Below the pieces are notes generated by a model, which was given only the letters and a program-made list of their open reading frames with translations, was not told the DNA's origin and did no database searches. A DNA stretch of 32,000 nt from Gemmata obscuriglobus (GTDB lineage: Bacteria > Planctomycetota > Planctomycetia > Gemmatales > Gemmataceae). This document shows positions 1 through 7,054 of the stretch, piece by piece; within the stretch, counting starts at the first letter, position 1, and each line of letters opens with the position of its first letter. The translations under genes and the position numbers were made by a program. The stretch spans positions 5,190,001 to 5,222,000 of the forward strand of contig NZ_CP042911.1 in assembly GCF_008065095.1 (NCBI RefSeq), read 5' to 3'.

Positions 1-249
1 GGCGCCGCGAACGTGGAAGGCGAAGCTGTCCAGTACTTCCGCGGGGCCGATGTTGACCTCGATGCTGAACCCCGGCCCGTCGATCACGCCCCACGTCGGG
101 TCGGCGAAGTTGGTCGCCGGTACCGCTCGGAGGATGCCGGCCACGATGTCCGCTCGCCGGCCGATGGGCTGTGGGGCGAAGTCGTCCGGGATCTCCGCCA
201 CCGTGCGGGTGTCGAGCGGCAGGTCTTGGACAAACACGTCGAAGCTCAC
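1..249 (-). CDS. hypothetical cassette protein, 5' part (ORF runs off the window start)
   Basis: My own translation of the - strand from GTG at 249: VSFDVFVQDLPLDTRTVAEIPDDFAPQPIGRRADIVAGILRAV... It is open to position 1 (83 codons). GGAGGG lies 4 nt upstream and the start is 13 nt after attC 263..352. It is absent from the track, presumably because there is no stop inside the window. Confidence 0.55.
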   Translation of the reverse strand, partial: MSFDVFVQDLPLDTRTVAEIPDDFAPQPIGRRADIVAGILRAVPATNFADPTWGVIDGPGFSIEVNIGPAEVLDSFAFHVRGA

Positions 250-262
250 CGCGCCCTCCGCC

Positions 263-352
263 GCCGCATGTGGAGCTCACCTGCTCGCGCGCCCTGGAGG
301 GGGCGATCCCCGAGTTCTGCATGCGCGAGTCTGGTGCAGCGGAGGGTTCGGC
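263..352 (-). other. attC: attC recombination site, divergent type B (copy 1)
   Basis: 90 bp. GCCGCAT-N8-CACCTGCTCGCGC...GCGCGAGTCTGGTG-N9-GTTCGGC. Same box layout as type A but different arms and loop. Near-identical to 16674..16763. Confidence 0.6.
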
Positions 353-409
353 CCCGCGCCCCACCACGCCGAACATGGGCTGCCCGTGAAGGTGAGCTCC
401 ACATTCGGC
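263..409. repeat. 147-bp nested palindrome: type B attC plus a second, inverted copy of its left arm
   Basis: GCCGCATGTGGAGCTCACC (263..281) pairs with GGTGAGCTCCACATTCGGC (391..409), 18/19. An inner GTTCGGC(346..352)/GCCGAAC(368..374) pair is also present. Confidence 0.7.
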
Positions 410-548
410 CCCGCTCATGCAGCCCGGCAGATGAGCTACACCGATCCGCTCGCGCCTCGGGGGTGGGCGCGGGTCGGGCCAGCCACTTGGGATGGGGGGC
501 TGGCTACCCTATCGACATCGCGCCCACCCCCGTGGGTCTCGGCGCGGG
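353..548 (-). other. short ORF-less cassette, type B content (copy 1), dominated by a long hairpin
   Basis: 196 bp between two attC sites with no credible ORF. Perfect 13-bp arms GGGGGTGGGCGCG (459..471) / CGCGCCCACCCCC (519..531) enclose an inner 7-bp stem GCCAGCC/GGCTGGC (478..484 / 498..504). Duplicated at 16764..16959. Confidence 0.6.
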
Positions 549-639
549 GCCGAACAATGAGCTCACCTGCACCGCCATCACCGGATGAGCGGTGCGTCCC
601 AAGTCCGATGGCGGTGTCAGGTGCAGCGCTGGGTTCGGC
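549..639 (-). other. attC: attC recombination site (type A)
   Basis: 91 bp. GCCGAAC-N8-CACCTGCACCGCC-loop33-GGCGGTGtCAGGTG-N9-GTTCGGC. Spacer variant CAGCGCTGG. Confidence 0.85.
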
Positions 640-895
640 TCGATGCCCTCGGCGTTTCCGGGTTGCACGCCGAGCGCCGCGCCTCCGCGGAGCCCGCGGC
701 ACCGGTGCGTGCGGGCGGAGCATCACCGCCTCGATGCGCCGTGTCGCGGCCCACCGAGGGCCACCCACCACTGCACCTCGCGGCGATGAGCCGCGCCAGC
801 ACCGACCGGCACCAGGCGGAGCCCGACACACGGGTTTCACCACCGCGGGCCACACGCCTACTGCCGCCGCACGCGCGCTCCTGCGACCTCGGGTT
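640..895 (-). repeat. ORF-less repetitive cassette, R family, 1 unit
   Basis: 256 bp between attC sites. R head, one unit with hairpin CGCGGC-GATGA-GCCGCG, and R tail. All six frames are open but low-complexity. Confidence 0.75.
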
Positions 896-985
896 GCCGA
901 ACAAATAGCTCACCTGCACCGCCCGTCCCGATGAGCGATGCGTCCCAAGTCAGACGGCGGTGTCAGGTGCAGCGCCGGGTTCGGC
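896..985 (-). other. attC: attC recombination site (type A)
   Basis: 90 bp; canonical type A boxes; 32-nt loop. Confidence 0.85.
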
Positions 986-992
986 GTCCGGG

Positions 993-1592
993 CTACCCAA
1001 GCCGCTGAGCCATCCCAGGCATCGACCGGACCCACTCGACACCCCCGATCCGGGCGTTCTCGGCTGGGTCGCGCCGGCACTTCTCGTACACGCCCTGCCA
1101 ATAGTCGAGTCGGGCCTCGTGCCCGTCCACCGCCCCGAACACCCAAGCGGAGAAAGACTCGGGCGGCCGCTCCTCATCCGTGATTGGCTCCGGGTCGCCG
1201 TCGAACCCGCAATGCGTCAGCGGGTCGTCCGCCGCGAGGTGTGCGGCGAACACCATCCCGCTGTGGCTGTGGAACGCGAACACCATGTGCGGCCCCGCCG
1301 ACCAGTGGACGACCGGCGGCGGGTCGCCCTCGATCATGGTGGCGAGATCGGTCAGGAACACCTCGCCGTCGATCGTGGCCTCCAGGAAGCAAGCTAGTGG
1401 CAGGGAGGCGTAGAGCTCCCGCACAGCCGCCGGAATCTGGAACCCATGCCGGGCCTCGAACTCCGCAACCCCGGAATCGGTGCCGAGGGCGCGGAACCAG
1501 TCCGGCACCCTGTCGTGAGCGGCCAGTACCTCCGGGTAACGGAGGTAGCCGCGGACTTCAGCGAGGTCGAGAGCACGCTGCAAGTACCGCAT
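993..1592 (-). CDS. SMI1/KNR4 (SUKH) family protein
   Basis: 199-aa track ORF. The ATG is 13 nt after attC 1606..1696 with GGAGG upstream. AEFEARHGFQIPAAVRELY fits the SMI1/KNR4 N-terminal signature (recalled, not searched). Confidence 0.7.
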   Translation of the reverse strand: MRYLQRALDLAEVRGYLRYPEVLAAHDRVPDWFRALGTDSGVAEFEARHGFQIPAAVRELYASLPLACFLEATIDGEVFLTDLATMIEGDPPPVVHWSAGPHMVFAFHSHSGMVFAAHLAADDPLTHCGFDGDPEPITDEERPPESFSAWVFGAVDGHEARLDYWQGVYEKCRRDPAENARIGGVEWVRSMPGMAQRLG

Positions 1593-1605
1593 CCGCGCCT
1601 CCGCC

Positions 1606-1696
1606 GCCGAATAACAAGCTCACCTGCACCGCCATCGCCGAGTGAGCGGTGCGCTCCAAGTCAGCGGGCGGTGTCAGGTGCAGCGCCGGGTTCGGC
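1606..1696 (-). other. attC: attC recombination site (type A)
   Basis: 91 bp. Left box variant GCCGAAT; otherwise canonical. Confidence 0.8.
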
Positions 1697-2029
1697 TCGC
1701 TCACGTCCGCGCCGCGCATCCGCGGATGCCCGCGCCACCGATGCGGCCACGCGGAGCACCGCCGACCCGGAGCACCGTGTCGCCGCACGTCGGAGGCCAC
1801 CCACCACCCCCACTCGCGGCGACGAGCCGCGCCGACCACCGACCGGTGTTGGCGGAGCGCCACCGACCCGAACCGCCGTGTCCCCACCCGCCGCCCGCCA
1901 CGCCCAACCGCACCTCGCGGCGACGAGCCGCGCCCGCGCCCACCGGCACTCTGCGGAGCCCGACGCGCGGGGTTCACCCACGCGGACCACACGCACACCG
2001 CCGCACGGGCGCTCCAGCACGCGAGGGTT
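1697..2029 (-). repeat. ORF-less repetitive cassette, R family, 2 units
   Basis: 333 bp. Head contains palindrome GCATCCGCGGATGC. Two CGCGGC-GACGA-GCCGCG hairpins, then the R tail. Confidence 0.75.
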
Positions 2030-2120
2030 GCCGAACATAAAGCTCACCTGCACCGCCATCATCGGATGAGCGATGCGTCCCGAATCAGCAGGCGGTGTCA
2101 GGTGCAGCGCCGGGTTCGGC
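2030..2120 (-). other. attC: attC recombination site (type A)
   Basis: 91 bp; canonical type A boxes. Confidence 0.85.
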
Positions 2121-2409
2121 GCCTGCGAGCTTGACGGAGCGGGAACGCCAACGCGCGACCGACCCGCCGCCAGACCGGCACTCGTGACGCGAACTGCCGA
2201 TAGCGCCGCATGACCTCTTGCTGTCGCTCGGTGCCGAAATCGTACTCGTGAGCGTGGTGGTCCGGGAACACCGCGAAGTACGGGATCGACGCCAGGGCCG
2301 CCGCGCCGAGCAACAGGAACACTGCCGGCATCACGATCGGGAAGAAGAAACACTCCCACCAAGCGAGGGGGCGGTTATCCTGCCCGAACCGGATCAGCGG
2401 CACACGCAC
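2098..2409 (-). CDS. small membrane protein (hypothetical)
   Basis: Track ORF 2098..2463 trimmed to the in-frame GTG at 2409, with GAGGG 7 nt upstream (GTGs at 2415 and 2403 are also possible). Hydrophobic segment FFFPIVMPAVFLLLGAAALASIPYFAVF. The stop lies inside attC 2030..2120. Confidence 0.5.
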   Translation of the reverse strand: MRVPLIRFGQDNRPLAWWECFFFPIVMPAVFLLLGAAALASIPYFAVFPDHHAHEYDFGTERQQEVMRRYRQFASRVPVWRRVGRALAFPLRQARRRRTRRCT

Positions 2410-2426
2410 CGTCACGCCCTCTGGGT

Positions 2427-2517
2427 GCCGAACAACAAGCTCACCTGCACCGCCATCACCCAAGCCGCGACGCGTCCCGAATCAGATGGCGGTGTCAGGT
2501 GCAGCGCCGGGTTCGGC
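2427..2517 (-). other. attC: attC recombination site (type A)
   Basis: 91 bp; canonical boxes; loop variant ATCACCCAAGCCGCGACGCG. Confidence 0.85.
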
Positions 2518-2970
2518 GTCTTGGGGCGACTCGTGCAGAGACTCCATGAACGCGGTGAATGTGTCCGCCACCGGGAACGCGTTGCGCCCGTCCTCGCGGA
2601 CCCACAGCCCGTTGCGGTCCCAAAAGAACACACGCCCGGCGTCTGGCGCGAAGGTCGCCAGGAGGAACGTGTTGCCGCCGGGGTCGTGCCCGATGGCAAG
2701 GAATCCCGGCGGCAGCGGGTCCCAGAGCGTCGCCTGCTCCTGCTCGTACTCTAGGTCGGCGTGGGTACGCTCGCTCCGCACTCCGTAAAAGATGGCCGCC
2801 AGCGCCGGGCCACGATTCGGGACGACAAACTCTTGCGGGTCTGGGCACCCGCCATTGATGGTGCGGAGGAACCGCTTGTAGTCGGCCGGCAGCCTGACCC
2901 CGAGCCGCTTCTCGGCGGCGTTCACCACTGCGGCGGATACGGGGCCATAGCTCCGGCTGAACGTCGGCAT
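2482..2970 (-). CDS. SMI1/KNR4 (SUKH) family protein
   Basis: Track ORF 2482..3123 trimmed to ATG 2970 (GGAGGG about 12 nt upstream, 21 nt after the attC). AEKRLGVRLPADYKRFLRTINGG and FLAIGHDPGGNTFLL are typical SMI1/KNR4 blocks. The stop is supplied by the attC loop. Confidence 0.8.
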   Translation of the reverse strand: MPTFSRSYGPVSAAVVNAAEKRLGVRLPADYKRFLRTINGGCPDPQEFVVPNRGPALAAIFYGVRSERTHADLEYEQEQATLWDPLPPGFLAIGHDPGGNTFLLATFAPDAGRVFFWDRNGLWVREDGRNAFPVADTFTAFMESLHESPQDAEPGAAPDTAI

Positions 2971-2991
2971 TCGCAACCGCGCCCTCCGGCG

Positions 2992-3082
2992 GCCGAACAT
3001 AAAGCTCACCTGCACTGCCAGGATCGAGTGAGCAACACAACGCAGATCAGATGGCGGTGTCAGGTGCAGCGCCGGGTTCGGC
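2992..3082 (-). other. attC: attC recombination site (type A, loop subtype 2)
   Basis: 91 bp. Arm variant CACCTGCACTGCC. Loop AGGATCGAGTGAGCAACACAACG... Confidence 0.8.
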
Positions 3083-3298
3083 GCCTCGAGTGTTCCTGAC
3101 GACACGCCCGGCCGCGAAGCCACTCGCCCATGCCACGCGGGTTGCGATCAGTGGTGGCATGACGGCCGACACGGCCAGCACCATCAGCGCACCCAACGGC
3201 TGCTCGGACGCGATCGACCCGGCTACCTGCATCCCGCCGAGCGTGATGAGCGCACCCATCACCACATGCAGGATCGTGAGCGCGGCTTTCTGGGACAC
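3047..3298 (-). CDS. small membrane protein (hypothetical)
   Basis: Track ORF 3047..3367 trimmed to GTG 3298 (GGAGG 6 nt upstream). Hydrophobic stretches LTILHVVMGALITLGGMQVAG and LGALMVLAVSAVMPPLIA. The stop is in the attC loop. Confidence 0.5.
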   Translation of the reverse strand: MSQKAALTILHVVMGALITLGGMQVAGSIASEQPLGALMVLAVSAVMPPLIATRVAWASGFAAGRVVRNTRGAEPGAAPDTAI

Positions 3299-3312
3299 GC
3301 GCAACCTCCGCT

Positions 3313-3404
3313 GCCGAACGATCAAGCTCACCTGCACCGCCATCATCGGACGAGCGGTGCGCTCCAAATCAGCGGGCGGTGTCAGGTGCAGCGCCGGGTT
3401 CGGC
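3313..3404 (-). other. attC: attC recombination site (type A)
   Basis: 92 bp (9-nt left spacer); canonical boxes. Confidence 0.85.
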
Positions 3405-3728
3405 GTCTGGGGCCTCGGGCAACAGTTGCACGAGGTCCGCGTCGGTGACCGGCCGCGTGTACGGCAACCTGACGCCGTGGGCCTGCAACACCTGTTGGTA
3501 ATGGAGCAGCCGACCGACGAGTGACTGCGCCAACTCTTGCAGGTCGCTCAGGAACTCGTCGTCCTCGGGGGCGTGATCCCGGACCCGCCGTGCGACACTC
3601 ACCGCAAGCCCGCACAGGATGCGGAGGCTGTCGCCCTGGATGACCGCGCCGGGGAAGTTGCGGCCGGGCGGCTTGACCACCGCGTAGTTCGAGTCCGTGG
3701 CGTACACCTCTAGCGGCAGCACCTCCAT
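3369..3728 (-). CDS. hypothetical cassette protein
   Basis: Track ORF 3369..3947 trimmed to ATG 3728 (AGGAGG 9 nt upstream). The product MEVLPLEVYATDSNYAVVKPPGRNFPGAVIQGDSL... has balanced composition. The stop is in the attC loop. Confidence 0.6.
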   Translation of the reverse strand: MEVLPLEVYATDSNYAVVKPPGRNFPGAVIQGDSLRILCGLAVSVARRVRDHAPEDDEFLSDLQELAQSLVGRLLHYQQVLQAHGVRLPYTRPVTDADLVQLLPEAPDAEPGAAPDTAR

Positions 3729-3757
3729 CAGCTTCGCACCTCCTGCGCCTCTTGCTG

Positions 3758-3848
3758 GCCGAACAACAAGCTCACCTGCACCGCCATCACCCGATGAGCG
3801 ATGCGTCACAACTCCGCGGGCGGTGTCAGGTGCAGCGCCGGGTTCGGC
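3758..3848 (-). other. attC: attC recombination site (type A)
   Basis: 91 bp. Differs from attC 16230..16320 only by 2 nt in the left 8-nt spacer (loop identical); that is the attC of the other S21-like cassette. Confidence 0.85.
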
Positions 3849-3894
3849 TTCTGCGACCCCCGCGCCGTGCATTTGCGGGGCGGGGCCAGCCGGC

Positions 3895-4149
3895 CTACAA
3901 GGATGGACGCGGCGGGTCGGGCCAGTTGGCCTCAGACTCGCACTCACGCTGGTACTCCCGCCACGACCGCAACCCTTGGGCCCGCCGCTTGGCGTTGCCC
4001 TTGCGCCGCCGCCGCTCCTCGCACCGCTTGGTGAACTCGTCGTGCCAGCGGTACTCGTACATCACGTTCGCCGACCGGACGTACTTGCGGAACCTCCGCA
4101 GGGCCGACGTGAGCGACTCGCCCTCGCAGACCTCCACTCGGACACCCAT
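3895..4149 (-). CDS. ribosomal protein bS21-like protein (copy 1)
   Basis: 84-aa track ORF. VEVCEGESLTSALRRFRKYVRSANVMYEYRWHDEFTKRCEERRRRKGNAKRRAQ aligns by eye with the bS21 core (E. coli ...[43 protein letters not shown]). Identical to 16367..16621. Confidence 0.65.
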   Translation of the reverse strand: MGVRVEVCEGESLTSALRRFRKYVRSANVMYEYRWHDEFTKRCEERRRRKGNAKRRAQGLRSWREYQRECESEANWPDPPRPSL

Positions 4150-4201
4150 CGCTATGCGGCTTGTACGGCTGCCGCGACGCCGGTTGAAAGAGCTTTCTGG
4201 G

Positions 4202-4292
4202 GCCGAACAATGAGCTCACCTGCACCGCCACCTCCAAGGGAGCGGTGCGTCCCACGTCAGATGGCGGTGTCAGGTGCAGCGCCGGGTTCGGC
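4202..4292 (-). other. attC: attC recombination site (type A)
   Basis: 91 bp; canonical boxes; loop variant ACCTCCAAGGGAGCGGTGCG. Confidence 0.85.
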
Positions 4293-4299
4293 GCCTGGG

Positions 4300-4653
4300 C
4301 TACTTCCCTGGGGCAACGATGTCGAGTACCCGCTGGACCGGAACCCCGAGTTGCCGCGCCCGGCTGAGGGCGAACGGCACGACGTAGTACGCGGAATCGG
4401 AGTCGAACGGGTCCACGGCCGCCGTCTCGTTGTACAGGGTCTTGAGGCAGATCTCCTCGAAGGCGTACTGCCCCTGCCGCAACCGGTCCGAGGTGCCGAG
4501 CCAGCGGCGTCGCACCTCGTCGAATAGGCGGTGGGCGGCCGGCCACTGCTTGGGGTCGGCCGCGAGCGCCACCACCCGTGCGGCGGACTCGGGATCGGGA
4601 GCGTGCGGCGCGAACAGCCGCAGGAACGCCACGATGTCTTCCGCCATCCCCAC
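4300..4653 (-). CDS. hypothetical cassette protein
   Basis: 117-aa track ORF. GTG 4653 lies 6 nt after AAGGAGGG (ATG 4647 is an alternative). It stops 7 nt before the attC. Confidence 0.6.
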   Translation of the reverse strand: MGMAEDIVAFLRLFAPHAPDPESAARVVALAADPKQWPAAHRLFDEVRRRWLGTSDRLRQGQYAFEEICLKTLYNETAAVDPFDSDSAYYVVPFALSRARQLGVPVQRVLDIVAPGK

Positions 4654-4669
4654 CCCGAAGCCCTCCTTA

Positions 4670-4760
4670 GCCGAACAAATAGCTCACCTGCACCGCCATC
4701 ACCGGATAAGCGGTGCGTCCCAAGTCAGACGGCGGTGTCAGGTGCAGCGCCGGGTTCGGC
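4670..4760 (-). other. attC: attC recombination site (type A)
   Basis: 91 bp; canonical type A boxes. Confidence 0.85.
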
Positions 4761-5177
4761 GTCTGTGAGCCACCGCACTGCGAAGTGGTCGTAGTGCAGG
4801 GCCGCGAACCGCTCGCGGAGTTGGGCCGCGAGCCACCAGAACTTGGCCCGGCGGTCGGCGGTCAGACCCGGGTCGGACCACACAGATAGCCGGCGGGAGC
4901 ACCCGGCGACCACCTCCGGCGGGGCCGGTAGGTCAGGGCCGGCGGCCAGTTCTGCGCTGTCGGCCAACACCTCCGCTCCCTCCTCCAACCACGCCACCAC
5001 GGCCCAGGAGGTGAACCGCACCCGGAAACCGGTTGGGCTACGGGCTTCGGGTGCTAACTCGGCCTGGACCGACCGCCGACCGCACTGTCGGCCATCGAAG
5101 TACGCGACAGCCGCAGCCAGAGAGAAGTCACTCGACGCCGGCAAGTGCGCCAACATCTTCAGACGACCGTTGCTCAT
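4725..5177 (-). CDS. hypothetical cassette protein
   Basis: Track ORF 4725..5558 trimmed to ATG 5177 (AGAGGG 6 nt upstream, 15 nt after the attC). The stop is in the attC loop. Confidence 0.6.
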   Translation of the reverse strand: MSNGRLKMLAHLPASSDFSLAAAVAYFDGRQCGRRSVQAELAPEARSPTGFRVRFTSWAVVAWLEEGAEVLADSAELAAGPDLPAPPEVVAGCSRRLSVWSDPGLTADRRAKFWWLAAQLRERFAALHYDHFAVRWLTDAEPGAAPDTAV

Positions 5178-5192
5178 CCGCGGCCCTCTGGT

Positions 5193-5283
5193 GCCGAACA
5201 TAAAGCTCACCTGCACCGCCATCACCGGATGAGCGGTGCGTCCCAAGTTAGCGGGCGGTGTCAGGTGCAGCGCCGGGTTCGGC
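5193..5283 (-). other. attC: attC recombination site (type A)
   Basis: 91 bp; canonical type A boxes. Confidence 0.85.
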
Positions 5284-5638
5284 TCGATGCCCTCGGGGGT
5301 TCCGGGCGCGCTCAGTGTCGCGCATCTGCGGATGCCCGGGCCACCGATGCGGCCGAGCGGAGCCCCACCGACTCGACCCGCCGGGTCGCGACACACCGGA
5401 GGCCACACACCACCGACACCTCGCGGCGATGAGCCGCGCCAGACACCCACGGGCACCACGCGGAGCACCACCGCCACGATCCGCCGTGTCCCTACGCACC
5501 ACCGGCCACCCCCAACCGCCACTCGCGGCGACGAGCCGGGCGGGCCACCGGCGGGCACGACGCGGAGCCCGAACCGCAGGGTTCACCACCGCGGACCACA
5601 CGCCCACGGCCGCACGCGCGCTCCTGCACGCGAGGGTG
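5284..5638 (-). repeat. ORF-less repetitive cassette, R family, 2 units
   Basis: 355 bp; R head, two units, R tail. Confidence 0.75.
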
Positions 5639-5729
5639 GCCGAACATACAGCTCACCTGCACCGCCATGATACAGTGAGCGGTGCGTCCCGAATCAGATG
5701 GCGGTGTCAGGTGCAGCGCCGGGTTCGGC
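5639..5729 (-). other. attC: attC recombination site (type A)
   Basis: 91 bp; canonical boxes; loop ATGATACAGTGAGCGGTGCG. Confidence 0.85.
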
Positions 5730-6087
5730 TCGCTTACCTCGGCGGTTCCGGGCCTCACGCTGAGCGCCGCGCATCCGCTGTGCGCGTGCCACCAATGCGA
5801 GCGTGCGGAGCACCACCGATCCGACGTACCGTGCCGCGGCCCACCGGAGGCCGGCACCAACCGCCACCCGCGGCGACGAGCCGCGCCAGCCCTGATCGGC
5901 ACCACGCGGAGCCCCACCGACTCGCGCCACCGTGTCCCCACTCACTGCCCGCCACGCCCAACCGCACCTCGCGGCGATGAGCCGCGCCGGCCACTCGCGG
6001 GCACCACGCGGAGCCCGACACGCACTGTTCACCTTTGCGGACCATACGTTCAGCGCCGCCGCACGCGCGATCGAGCGCCTTGGGGTT
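5730..6087 (-). repeat. ORF-less repetitive cassette, R family, 2 units
   Basis: 358 bp; R head, two units, R tail. Confidence 0.75.
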
Positions 6088-6178
6088 GCCGAACATAAAG
6101 CTCACCTGCACTGCCATCACCGGATCAGCGATGCGTCCCGAATCAGCGGGCGGTGTCAGGTGCAGCGCCGGGTTCGGC
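6088..6178 (-). other. attC: attC recombination site (type A)
   Basis: 91 bp; arm variant CACCTGCACTGCC. Confidence 0.8.
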
Positions 6179-6515
6179 TCGCTCACATCCGCGCCGCGCA
6201 TCCGCGGATGCCCGCCCACCGGTGCGACCGGGCGGAGCACCACCGAACCACGGCGCCGTGTCCCGACACATCGGGGGCCACCCACCACCGCCACACGCGG
6301 CGATGAGCCGCGCCCGCAACCGATCGGTCTCAGCGGAGCACCACCGACCCGCACCACCGTGTCCCCATCCGCACCCGGCCACAACCACCGCAAGCTCGCG
6401 GCGATGAGCCGCGCCAGGCGCCCATAGGCACCACGCGGAGCCACCACTGACGCGCGGGGCTTACTCACGCGGACTACACGCCCAGCACCGCCGCACGCGC
6501 ATGCACGCGATGGTG
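6179..6515 (-). repeat. ORF-less repetitive cassette, R family, 2 units
   Basis: 337 bp. The first ~226 bp are identical by eye to 13730..13955, then the two diverge. Confidence 0.75.
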
Positions 6516-6606
6516 GCCGAACATAAAGCTCACCTGCACCGCCATCACCGGATGAGCGGTGCGTCCCAGAACAGATGGCGGTGTCAGGTGCAGCGCCGGG
6601 TTCGGC
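6516..6606 (-). other. attC: attC recombination site (type A)
   Basis: 91 bp; canonical type A boxes. Confidence 0.85.
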
Positions 6607-6963
6607 TCGCTGCCGTCCGCGGTTCGGGGTCGCACGTCCGCGCCGCGCATCCGCGGAAGCCCGTGCCACCGATGCGGGCGAGCGGAGCGCCACCGACCCG
6701 ATGCACCGTGTCCCGGCCCACCGGAGGCCACGCCCAATCGCACCTCGCGGCGACGAGCCGCGCCGGCCGCCCACGGGCACCACGCGGAGCACCACCGACA
6801 CGAAACGCCGTGTCCCATGACACCGCCGGCCACGCCCAACCGCACCTCGCGGCGATGAGCCGCGCCACACGCCCACGGGCACCACGCGGAGCCCGACACG
6901 CGCCGTTCACCCACGCGGACCACACGCACGGCACCGCCGCACGCGCGATCGAGCAACTCGGGT
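6607..6963 (-). repeat. ORF-less repetitive cassette, R family, 2 units
   Basis: 357 bp; R head, two units, R tail. Confidence 0.75.
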
Positions 6964-7054
6964 GCCGAACATAAAGCTCACCTGCACCGCCATCATACAG
7001 TTAGCGGTGCGTCCCAGACTAGCGGGCGGTGTCAGGTGCAGCGCCGGGTTCGGC
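6964..7054 (-). other. attC: attC recombination site (type A)
   Basis: 91 bp; canonical boxes; loop ATCATACAGTTAGCGGTGCG. Confidence 0.85.

Noticed and set aside
3858-3885. GC-rich hairpin CCCCGCGCC-loop-GGCGGGG-type between the S21-like stop and its attC (also present at about 16330..16357), as an intrinsic terminator.
   Set aside because: No U-tract follows it on the - strand. At this GC content, short GC hairpins are expected by chance.
5284-6963. R cassettes as genes for repeat proteins, given the recurring translations such as RGSSPRGAVGRGRRC.GTRRF.SVVLRVVPVG.
   Set aside because: All six frames are open. Unit lengths and internal indels are not multiples of three. The same DNA block appears in different frames in adjacent units and cassettes, and the composition is Arg/Gly/Pro low complexity. 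They have no SD or start at the cassette 5' end, unlike the coding cassettes.
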